Of a stretch of 44,716 nucleotides of DNA, positions 22,983 to 30,013 are shown in pieces. The stretch spans positions 1 to 44,716 of the IMG/VR virus record IMGVR_UViG_3300047329_000027; one strand, 5' to 3'. This DNA comes from a virus. Position 1 is the stretch's first letter. The number at the start of each line of letters is the position of its first letter. The notes beneath the pieces are model-generated. The model saw only the letters and a list, made by a program, of their open reading frames with translations, was not told the origin of the DNA and made no database searches. A program made the position numbers and the translations under genes.

Positions 22983-24248
22983 ATGAGCGAGGGACTCGAA
23001 GAACTGACAGCCCTGGTCAAGGTCGTGATGTCATATAGGCCGGACACTAAAGCGGCTAAGCGACCAAGGATCGAGGCCATCGCACCGCCCAAACTGACCG
23101 CCATTGACCTGTTCTGCGGCGCTGGCGGATTGTCTGAGGGCTTCCGGCAGGCGGGCTTTCATGTGCTTGTCGGGCAGGACTATGACGCGGCAGCTGGCCG
23201 GACGTTCGGGGCCACGCACCCGGAGGCCACCTTCATCGGCGGTCGTATCCAAGACGTGACGCCCGCCCAAATCCTGAAAGATGCCGGTAAGCGTCGGGGC
23301 GAGATTGACGTGATCGTCGGCGGCCCCCCCTGTCAGGGCTATTCGGTCTACAATCATCAGCGCGGCGAGAGCGATCCGCGCGCGGGCCTGTTCCGTGAAT
23401 ATCTGCGGATCGTGGAGGGTATCTATCCCCGCTGGCTGGTCATGGAAAACGTGACGGGGATCACGTCCATCGCCGGCGGCGGCGTTGTCCGAGAGATTTA
23501 TGCGGGGATGGAAAGTCTCGGCTATCGCGTCGATATGCGCGTCCTCAAGGCGGAAGAATACGGCGTCCCCCAGGAGCGCCGCCGGGTCGTGTTTATCGCC
23601 ACGCGAGGGGACGCGCCCATCCTTTTCCCCGAACCTACCCACGGCCCCGGCCTTGCGCCTTTCGTGACTGTTTGGGATGCGATCTCTGACCTGCCGAAGA
23701 TTGAAAACGGGGCCAAGGCTGGCGTTCTGGCGTATGCCACCGAACCCCGGAACGATTACCAGCGCACCCTTCGCGGCAACGCCGTCGCCGTGACCAATCA
23801 CTCAGCGCCGCGCCTCGCCAAGATTAACGAGCAACGGATGCTGCACATCCCGCCGGGCGGATCGTGGCGGGATATTCCCTTCGAGCTTCTGCCCGCCGGG
23901 ATGAAGAAGGCCAAGCGAAGCGACCACACAAAGCGGTATGGTCGCCCTCGCAAGACGGACCTCGCCTGCACGATCCTGACCAAGTGCGACGTGCATTGGG
24001 GCGCTTATATCCATCCCGTTCAGAACCGGGCGTTGACCGTGCGCGAGGCCGCCCGCCTACAGTCGTTCCCTGACTCGTTCGCCTTCCAGGGCAGCGGCAC
24101 GGAACAATATGTTCAAGTCGGCAACGCCGTGCCGCCGCTCCTGGGCCGTCGCGTTGCGGAGGCCCTTCTAATCGCAGATAGCAAGGCAGAGGCTTCGCAC
24201 AAAAGCAGCCGCGCCGGAGAGCGATTGGAAATGGTCGTTGCCGTTTAA
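22983..24248 (+). CDS. DNA (cytosine-5) methyltransferase, full-length type II (MTase 4 of 4; partner of the NotI-like endonuclease)
   Basis: 421 aa with all canonical motifs: I DLFCGAGGLSEGF, IV GGPPCQGYS, VI MENV, VIII QERRRV, IX REAARLQSFPD, X GNAVPPLL. Confidence 0.9.
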   Translation: MSEGLEELTALVKVVMSYRPDTKAAKRPRIEAIAPPKLTAIDLFCGAGGLSEGFRQAGFHVLVGQDYDAAAGRTFGATHPEATFIGGRIQDVTPAQILKDAGKRRGEIDVIVGGPPCQGYSVYNHQRGESDPRAGLFREYLRIVEGIYPRWLVMENVTGITSIAGGGVVREIYAGMESLGYRVDMRVLKAEEYGVPQERRRVVFIATRGDAPILFPEPTHGPGLAPFVTVWDAISDLPKIENGAKAGVLAYATEPRNDYQRTLRGNAVAVTNHSAPRLAKINEQRMLHIPPGGSWRDIPFELLPAGMKKAKRSDHTKRYGRPRKTDLACTILTKCDVHWGAYIHPVQNRALTVREAARLQSFPDSFAFQGSGTEQYVQVGNAVPPLLGRRVAEALLIADSKAEASHKSSRAGERLEMVVAV

Positions 24249-25116
24249 CCCCGAGACCATCATCGGAGAGGTTTTGGGCGAACGGGCGCTCAAGGGCGCG
24301 GACCCCGCGTCTAAGGCGTTCATGTGCCCCTACATTGATGCGACATGCCCGAAGCGCAGCACGAACTTGCCAGGCATTGAGTCCTATCCGGTTTGTTCGA
24401 TTTGGAAGGGCAACCCGATCGCTCCCGCACCCGGCGTCGATCTTATCTGTGTCTGCCCGAAGCGGTTTCACGCCATCGACTTCCTTGCCGACGTGATCGC
24501 GTATTGTTGGCCGGGGGAGCCTCCCGCCCATCCGCGCATCGCGCCTGAAGTTAAGATGGAGGGTTTCGGCAACGTCGATTTTGTGATCGCCGACGTGGGC
24601 GAAGACGGCCAGATCGGGCAATTTCTGTCTGTTGAATTGCAGGCCATCGACATCACCGGATCGGTCTTTCCGGCCTATCAGGCGTTGCGGGCCGGGGCCG
24701 ACCTTGAACGCAGACCGACCTACGGCCTGAATTGGGATAACGTCTATAAGCGCTACATCACCCAGCTCATCCGCAAGGGCTACTTTCACCATCACTGGAA
24801 AACCAAAATCGTCGCGGTGATCCAGGAGCAGATTTATCGGAACATTGTAGAGCGCGCGGCCTTCATGCGGACGCCGGACGTGAAGGGCGCCGACGTGAAT
24901 ATCATCTTCATGACCTACCGCTTCGACCATGATCCTGACCGGCCCGGCCAATTCAGGCCGGCCCTAACCACCGTCGAAGGCACCAGCCACGCCAGCCTTT
25001 CGCAAGCCATCCTCTACAAAGAAGCTCCTACCCGCGACGCCTTCTGCGCTCGCATTTCCGCCTCGATGAAGCGGGCGGACGCGGGGGCGATCACCCTAGC
25101 CAAATTAGGACTTTAG
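24238..25116 (+). CDS. Type II restriction endonuclease, NotI family (candidate)
   Basis: The TTG start overlaps the methylase stop by 11 nt. The Cys cluster CPYIDATCPK...PVCSIW...CVCPKRF, the core NVDFVIADVG...SVELQAIDITGS and NWDNVYKRYITQ parallel the Fe-Cys4 plus D...E-x-Q layout I recall for R.NotI. Confidence 0.6.
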   Translation: MPFNPETIIGEVLGERALKGADPASKAFMCPYIDATCPKRSTNLPGIESYPVCSIWKGNPIAPAPGVDLICVCPKRFHAIDFLADVIAYCWPGEPPAHPRIAPEVKMEGFGNVDFVIADVGEDGQIGQFLSVELQAIDITGSVFPAYQALRAGADLERRPTYGLNWDNVYKRYITQLIRKGYFHHHWKTKIVAVIQEQIYRNIVERAAFMRTPDVKGADVNIIFMTYRFDHDPDRPGQFRPALTTVEGTSHASLSQAILYKEAPTRDAFCARISASMKRADAGAITLAKLGL

Positions 25117-25199
25117 GGAGTTAACGCGATAATTCCCAAAAAGATCGTCCTTGCCATCGTTGCGGGTGAAATTCCCGCCGTCACTCTGAGGTTTTGAAC

Positions 25200-25877
25200 A
25201 TGAACGACATGAGCCCCGTAATCGTCGCCAAGAGCGACCAAATGAACGCCGATGACCTCATGGGCTCGCCGCGAACCATCCGCATCACCAAGGTTGATAT
25301 TACCGCGGGCAATGAACAACCCGTCAACGTCTATTTCGAAGGCGACGACGGCAAACCCTGGCGCCCGTGCAAGTCGATGTCGCGCGTCATGGTCGCTCTG
25401 TGGGGGCCGGATGCGAAACAGTACGCCGGCAAGAGCTTGACGCTGTTCCGTGATCCGAAGGTGAAATGGGGCGGCCTAGAGGTTGGCGGTATCCGTATCA
25501 GCCACGCCTCGCACATTGATGGTGATACGGTTGTGATTGTTAACTCGTCAAAGGGGAAAAAGGCGGCTTACAAGGTGGCGCCGCTCAAGGCTCCGGTTGC
25601 GAAATTGGTTCAGCAGCCAGCACCCGCACCCGAACCCGATCTAGACGCGCCCATAGGCGCGCCGTCCGACATCCCCGGCGACCTCGCCGACTTCGCCGAC
25701 GCCCTAGAACTTGAAATCGAGCACGTCACGGACGGCAAGGCGTTTGGCGCCAAGTTCAACGCCATGATGCGCGATGATCCGTTGTGGAAGGCGCTGAGGA
25801 ACGACCACGGCGAAGCTGGCCAGCGTCGGGCGGCGGATTTGAAGGCGAAGGCTACAGCGAAGATTAGGGGGGCGTGA
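25200..25877 (+). CDS. Hypothetical conserved phage protein
   Basis: ATG at 25200 behind gagg. The N-domain NADDLMGSPRTIRITKV...KPWRPCKSMSRVMVALWG...GKSLTLFRDPKVKWGGLEVGGIRI resembles an uncharacterised family I have seen in many phages. Confidence 0.55.
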   Translation: MNDMSPVIVAKSDQMNADDLMGSPRTIRITKVDITAGNEQPVNVYFEGDDGKPWRPCKSMSRVMVALWGPDAKQYAGKSLTLFRDPKVKWGGLEVGGIRISHASHIDGDTVVIVNSSKGKKAAYKVAPLKAPVAKLVQQPAPAPEPDLDAPIGAPSDIPGDLADFADALELEIEHVTDGKAFGAKFNAMMRDDPLWKALRNDHGEAGQRRAADLKAKATAKIRGA

Positions 25878-26275
25878 TGAGCGAGATGGTTGAACGAGTG
25901 GCGCTAGCTTATGAGACCGAGCGCAAACTTTGGACCCAGAAATTCACCGCAATCGCGAATGGTATTCAGGTCGAAATGTGTCGAGATGGGCGCGCTATTG
26001 GATCGCCGTGGAGTTTGCATGTTTTTGAAGTCAGCGGTTGGCGTGCGTGGCAATCTTTAAGGGACGAGGCTTCAGCCCGCGCCGCCATCGCTGCCATGCG
26101 CGAGCCAACTGAGGAAATGGCGCGCGCCATGGCCGAAGCGTGCATGACGCGCGAGGAGGCGCGCAATAAGCATCTCATGGCGATGGTGGACTATAAAACC
26201 ATTGCGGCATCTTGGCGGGGCGGAATAGACGCCGCCCTTAAAGCCGCCCCATCAACGCCAGCACCACGAGAATAA
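25874..26275 (+). CDS. Hypothetical protein (PTEEM...W..IDAAL domain)
   Basis: 133-aa ORF with an ATGA overlap. It is the last gene of the rightward operon. Confidence 0.5.
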   Translation: MMSEMVERVALAYETERKLWTQKFTAIANGIQVEMCRDGRAIGSPWSLHVFEVSGWRAWQSLRDEASARAAIAAMREPTEEMARAMAEACMTREEARNKHLMAMVDYKTIAASWRGGIDAALKAAPSTPAPRE

Positions 26276-26396
26276 CCAGCAACAGCCCCGCAAACCCAAA
26301 CCCGCCATAGCGCCCATTTACGCCCCCAACGCCGCTGAACCCAAGGCCTCCGCCAAACAGGATCAGCACTAGGATTATGATCAGGATGAGCGACAT
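26238..26396 (-). CDS. DUF3309-like small membrane protein (52 aa)
   Basis: My translation is MSLILIIILVLILFGGGLGFSGVGGVNGRYGGFGFAGLLLVILVVLALMGRL. It has two hydrophobic helices around a Gly-rich loop and ends in GRL, like DUF3309 proteins. It overlaps the 3' end of 25874..26275 convergently by 38 nt. Confidence 0.5.
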   Translation of the reverse strand: MSLILIIILVLILFGGGLGFSGVGGVNGRYGGFGFAGLLLVILVVLALMGRL

Positions 26397-26440
26397 GGCG
26401 GGTGTCCGTTTTCACGGTAACGCCTGTCAGCGGTTACGGT

Positions 26441-26764
26441 TCACCGCAGATCACAAGCCAGCCATCCCCCCTCACGCTTAGCCGTCATCACAGCGTCTGT
26501 TAATCGGCCGTGGGCGGCGTCCTCCGCGTTCCACCTGTCAAACAGCGCGCACATTTCCCGCATGGCCCAACGCGCGTTTTCTGACGATCCATGCTTGCCG
26601 CGCCGCCATACGAGGGCGAGCGGCATGGCGACTTTGCCGCGCGTGGCCATGAGGTTGTGAAATTTGGTTCGGCAAGCGGAGGAGCAAAACAGGCCCGTGT
26701 TGCGCTTGCCGGGCGTGGGGAAGCCGCATTCGGCGCAGGGTTTAGGTGTGGTCACAACGCCCAT
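26441..26764 (-). CDS. Zinc-ribbon protein of unknown function
   Basis: MGVVTTPKPCAECGFPTPGKRNTGLFCSSACRTKFHN contains a CxxC...CxxxC motif. An alternative start lies at 26803. Confidence 0.5.
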   Translation of the reverse strand: MGVVTTPKPCAECGFPTPGKRNTGLFCSSACRTKFHNLMATRGKVAMPLALVWRRGKHGSSENARWAMREMCALFDRWNAEDAAHGRLTDAVMTAKREGGWLACDLR

Positions 26765-26815
26765 CTCATGTCTCTCCCAAGCGGGCTTCCCATCCCGCAA
26801 CATAGCGCAGACACG

Positions 26816-26851
26816 AAAAAGCCGCCGTAGCGCAAACTACGGCGGCTTCTT
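26816..26851 (-). terminator. Intrinsic terminator at the end of the late (structural/lysis) operon, possibly bidirectional
   Basis: The 10-bp GC stem gccgccgtag (26821-26830) pairs with ctacggcggc (26837-26846), with a 6-nt loop. The minus-strand RNA continues with UUUUUCG and the plus-strand RNA with UUCUU. Confidence 0.75.
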
Positions 26852-26873
26852 GAGTGGTCGGCCTGATAGCCCG

Positions 26874-27068
26874 TTATTGCGTCTGCGCCGCCGCGTTCAA
26901 ATCCGTGATGGCCTGCGCCTCGTCCGCCGCTTCCTGAGACGTCGCCGTCGCGAGTGCGGCGTCAACGGTTGCCTGATCGCTAGCCGACAGGGCCGCCTTG
27001 GCGTTGTTGATCACGGTGAGGATCGAACTTACGCCCTCCACGAGCGCAAGGATTGATGCGAGGTCCAT
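26874..27068 (-). CDS. Hypothetical Ala-rich helical protein
   Basis: 64-aa ORF, the last gene before the terminator. Confidence 0.45.
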   Translation of the reverse strand: MDLASILALVEGVSSILTVINNAKAALSASDQATVDAALATATSQEAADEAQAITDLNAAAQTQ

Positions 27069-27403
27069 TACTGTCCAGCCTCCGTCATGATCGTGGCGAC
27101 AAGGGCAGCGATGGCCGTGACGCGCGCCGTAAGCGTGGTCTGGTCAAGCGCCGCCTCGGCCGCCTTGGCGTCGTTGAGGTAGCTTTGAGCTGTGGCGAGA
27201 TCGGCCGCCGCCTTGGCCGCCGCCGAACCCTTGAGGTAGCCGGATTTGGCGGCGGTATCCAGAGCCACGGCGGCGCCGTCCACGGACGCGACGGCGACGA
27301 GCAGTGTCTTGTGCGCCGTCAGGGTTGGCGTTGCGGTCAGGCTGGATACGGTGGAGCAACTGGCCAGCGCCAAGGCGGCGGCGGCGAGAACGAGCGCCTT
27401 CAC
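27068..27403 (-). CDS. Lipoprotein (candidate outer-membrane spanin component or exclusion lipoprotein)
   Basis: MKALVLAAAALALASC has the lipobox L-A-S-C. The mature part is Ala-rich and helical. It lies downstream of the endolysin. Confidence 0.6.
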   Translation of the reverse strand: MKALVLAAAALALASCSTVSSLTATPTLTAHKTLLVAVASVDGAAVALDTAAKSGYLKGSAAAKAAADLATAQSYLNDAKAAEAALDQTTLTARVTAIAALVATIMTEAGQ

Positions 27404-27711
27404 GACTTGGCCGCCGCTGCTGCCGTGTCAGCCGCCGCAATTCGCGCCGCCTGAGCCTTGGTCAGTTCGTCCTGAAGTTTGGCGATGATGCCGTCCCATG
27501 CGTCCACGGCCATTTGCGCGGCGACGGGTCCGAGCGTCGGCACGTTGACTTGAGCCGCGATCATGGGCGCGTCAGTGGCGATGGCCTTGTCGCCGATGCC
27601 CTTGAGATCTTGAAGCGCATTGGAGAAGTCGGCGCTGAGTTCGGCGGGAATCACGGAGAAAAAGCCCTCCAGTTTGGTGCCTACGTTGCTGATGTCGTCT
27701 GCGATGGTCAT
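27400..27711 (-). CDS. Hypothetical helical protein in the lysis cassette
   Basis: From the internal ATG at 27711 (MTIADDISNVG...) behind the RBS ggaaggga. The longer ORF would overlap the endolysin. Confidence 0.45.
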   Translation of the reverse strand: MTIADDISNVGTKLEGFFSVIPAELSADFSNALQDLKGIGDKAIATDAPMIAAQVNVPTLGPVAAQMAVDAWDGIIAKLQDELTKAQAARIAAADTAAAAAKS

Positions 27712-27724
27712 GGTATTTCCCTTC

Positions 27725-28204
27725 CTAGTCTGGTTGAAGTGGATACGCGGCACAAAGGGGATCTGTGCCGTTCCATAGCGCAATTTCGGCAGCCCGCCTA
27801 TTAACGAGCCCCTGAACCACTTGGCCGCCCGCGTAAACAAATCTCGTAAGCTCGGCGGGAACGTCCACATAGTCGCCCTTTCGGAGGTCGGCCCAAACCG
27901 CCCATGACGCGCCAGCGCCTTCATTGAAACAAAACGAAACAAGGGCTGAAAACTGATAATCGTTCAGCTTGGCTACGGCGTCAGGACCGATAGCCCATGT
28001 CAGCCGCTGCACCGCCATCTGAAGATCGGCCGACAATGCGGCGTCGATCTGCGCCTGTGTCCACTCCACGCCCCCGCGCACGTCCGACCCCGTATGCCCT
28101 ACGCCCACGGTAAGGACCCCTGCACTGTCGCGGTACGGCATCGACTGTTCGCCTTCCTCGCGCTCGAGGAATTTGATCAGGATAGTGGGGATGAAGCGCG
28201 TCAC
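27725..28204 (-). CDS. Endolysin, GH24 (T4/lambda-type) lysozyme
   Basis: The signature LEREEGEQSMPYRDSAGVLTVGVGHTG (E-x8-D-x5-T), followed by QFSALVSFCFNEG. The start is GTG at 28204. Confidence 0.85.
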   Translation of the reverse strand: MTRFIPTILIKFLEREEGEQSMPYRDSAGVLTVGVGHTGSDVRGGVEWTQAQIDAALSADLQMAVQRLTWAIGPDAVAKLNDYQFSALVSFCFNEGAGASWAVWADLRKGDYVDVPAELTRFVYAGGQVVQGLVNRRAAEIALWNGTDPLCAAYPLQPD

Positions 28205-28299
28205 TTCGGCCCACCCTTAAGCGCCGCCAACGCCGCACATGCCCCGAATGCCATCGCCAACACAACAATCGCAGCAATCTCGGGGCCGGTGTAGATCAA
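28201..28299 (-). CDS. Micro-ORF (32 aa), single TM helix
   Basis: My translation is (TTG)IYTGPEIAAIVVLAMAFGACAALAALKGGPK. There are overlap signals at both ends. The non-ATG start makes it tentative. Confidence 0.25.
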   Translation of the reverse strand: MIYTGPEIAAIVVLAMAFGACAALAALKGGPK

Positions 28300-28430
28300 A
28301 ACGGCCTCCGCTTGCGTGGAGGAATTGGGTTTCGGGCTTGCTCACGTCTAACCGTAATCTCTTCAATTACCTCCGCGATGAACACGGCGGCGATAAAGAA
28401 TCCGATCAGGGTGAGGGCGAGTAGCATCAT
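28296..28430 (-). CDS. Micro-ORF (44 aa), TM helix plus basic tail (holin/antiholin-like accessory)
   Basis: My translation is MMLLALTLIGFFIAAVFIAEVIEEITVRREQARNPIPPRKRRPF. It has an ATGA overlap with the holin-like gene. Confidence 0.4.
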   Translation of the reverse strand: MMLLALTLIGFFIAAVFIAEVIEEITVRREQARNPIPPRKRRPF

Positions 28431-28711
28431 TTTGGCGCCGCAAGCCAACCTGGCTTTGTTTCAACGGGCGTTGTCGGAAGGGCGGCGTGGGCCAGTTTAA
28501 AGGTTTTTAGCTGGCCAATTACGATGACGATCAGCCCCGCTATGGGACCAGCCATGCCTAACAGGGCGCCGAACTTACCCGCCACGCCGGAATAGCCAAG
28601 CGCAGACGCCACGCCAGCCGCGACGAGAAGAATTTGGCGAACAAGGGATTCGACGTTTTCTTGCGCCGGATTGGCGTTGACGATGACGGGCGTTGGGGTC
28701 GGGTCACTCAT
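28427..28711 (-). CDS. Putative holin (two TM helices)
   Basis: 94 aa from ATG at 28711. The hydrophobic segments are ILLVAAGVASALGY and GPIAGLIVIVIG. It lies upstream of the endolysin. Confidence 0.5.
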   Translation of the reverse strand: MSDPTPTPVIVNANPAQENVESLVRQILLVAAGVASALGYSGVAGKFGALLGMAGPIAGLIVIVIGQLKTFKLAHAALPTTPVETKPGWLAAPK

Positions 28712-28778
28712 CAATGTGCGCCTTTCGGTTCCAAGCTACCCCATGCGGCAGATTAGCGCAACGCTACTTGGATGCCGA

Positions 28779-29219
28779 TCAATCCTGGTTATCGTTTTGC
28801 TCGCTCAAAATAATCATGGGCTCTTCGGGATCGTCTTCGCTTCGCCGAGGCTGCGGGACGTTGATACCGCGCATTTTAAGCTGACGCTGCAGAGCTTCAA
28901 TGGTTGAATACATATTTGCCATCTCGCCCTTGCGCTGGCTTTCCTCCCTGGCGTGCTTGACTTTGAGATGGTCCAACTCGCCGCGAAGCTCCTTGTTCGC
29001 TGCGCGCGCCTCTTCCAACTGCGCCGACAGGGACGCGGTGATGCGTGTAAACCCGTCGTTCATCGCGTTTTGAAACGCGGCCTTGCCGAGCGTGCGGTTG
29101 GCGACCCAGACCGCCACGCCGCCGATGAACGCTCCAATCGCGCTGAGCCCTGCAGCGATAACGCCGCTGCCTGGCTCGGCGGGCAATCCTCCTGACGGTG
29201 CTGTCATCGCGGGGTTCAT
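28779..29219 (-). CDS. Type II membrane protein with coiled coil (i-spanin-like architecture)
   Basis: An N-terminal TM segment (VIAAGLSAIGAFIGGVAVWVA) is followed by a charged helix (QLEEARAANKELRGELDHLKVKHAREESQRK). Confidence 0.4.
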   Translation of the reverse strand: MNPAMTAPSGGLPAEPGSGVIAAGLSAIGAFIGGVAVWVANRTLGKAAFQNAMNDGFTRITASLSAQLEEARAANKELRGELDHLKVKHAREESQRKGEMANMYSTIEALQRQLKMRGINVPQPRRSEDDPEEPMIILSEQNDNQD

Positions 29220-29231
29220 TCTTTGGCTCGC

Positions 29232-29729
29232 TTAGAGCGGTCTTCGACGCGCCGCGCGCGCCACCGCGCGGTGATTATGAACACGATTGCGTTGATGAAA
29301 ACGCAGATTTTGGATAGGAAAAGCAAGTGCACGGGCTCTCGGTCCCCCATACGCAATTGCCAACTGGATTGCATATGTCACGTCCAGTTGCAGTGCCAAA
29401 TCGTATCTTCGCGCCAGCGTTGCCGGCCCCTCCTCGTAATTTTGATGGATCGCGAGCTGAGCCATGAACACGAGAGACATCAGGATGGACCAGCTGCGAC
29501 CGCTGCACCCATACAGCATTATGAAGATGCAGCTCTCAATCGTATCCATGATGATGCCGAGCGCGCGAAATTGATCATCGCCGCTGACAATCATCGTCGC
29601 CGTCATGCACGTTATCCAGCCGGTCGCCAAGATCCACGCGCCGAACTTTGCGGCGGGATCGCGGTCATAGGCGGACGTTGCGACGAAAGCCGTTGCGAAG
29701 CCGAACATGACAGGCGATAAGTTTTTCAC
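29232..29729 (-). CDS. Polytopic membrane protein of unknown function (lower-GC insert)
   Basis: 165 aa with 4-5 hydrophobic segments. The DNA is visibly more AT-rich than its neighbours. Confidence 0.5.
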   Translation of the reverse strand: MKNLSPVMFGFATAFVATSAYDRDPAAKFGAWILATGWITCMTATMIVSGDDQFRALGIIMDTIESCIFIMLYGCSGRSWSILMSLVFMAQLAIHQNYEEGPATLARRYDLALQLDVTYAIQLAIAYGGPRARALAFPIQNLRFHQRNRVHNHRAVARAARRRPL

Positions 29730-29989
29730 GGCTTGCCGGTTCCACCGTCAAGCGGATGCGGAAGAGGCTGAGCCCCGAGGCTTTTACCGGTTTCCCCAAG
29801 ATGCGAGCCCAGCGTGTCGGCCGCGTGGGCAAGATCGGCGTGAAGCTGCACAATCGCGGCCTTGAGCACAATCCAAGCTGCTTGAGCGCCCGGACTAATA
29901 TCGGCCTCAAGCTGCGCCGCCGCATTCTCAACGGCTTGGAGCGCCGCGCGGATTGTGGATATTTCAGCTTTTGCGTCGTCTATGAGCAT
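29726..29989 (-). CDS. Hypothetical helical protein
   Basis: 87-aa ORF with an overlapping stop/start onto the next gene. Confidence 0.45.
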   Translation of the reverse strand: MLIDDAKAEISTIRAALQAVENAAAQLEADISPGAQAAWIVLKAAIVQLHADLAHAADTLGSHLGETGKSLGAQPLPHPLDGGTGKP

Positions 29990-30013
29990 TTCGTGGGTTT
30001 CTCCGCATCGCTG

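Noticed and set aside
22150-24951. Long minus-strand ORFs (22150..22893, 23031..23801, 23824..24951) opposite the methylase and endonuclease genes.
   Set aside because: The plus-strand frames carry complete, ordered catalytic motifs. The antisense translations are Arg/Gly/Pro-rich with no recognisable motifs.
25117-25199. Short direct repeats (aattccc x2) and a gttaac palindrome in the gap after the endonuclease gene, as a possible promoter or operator.
   Set aside because: They are too short and unsupported by recognisable -35/-10 elements, and could easily occur by chance.
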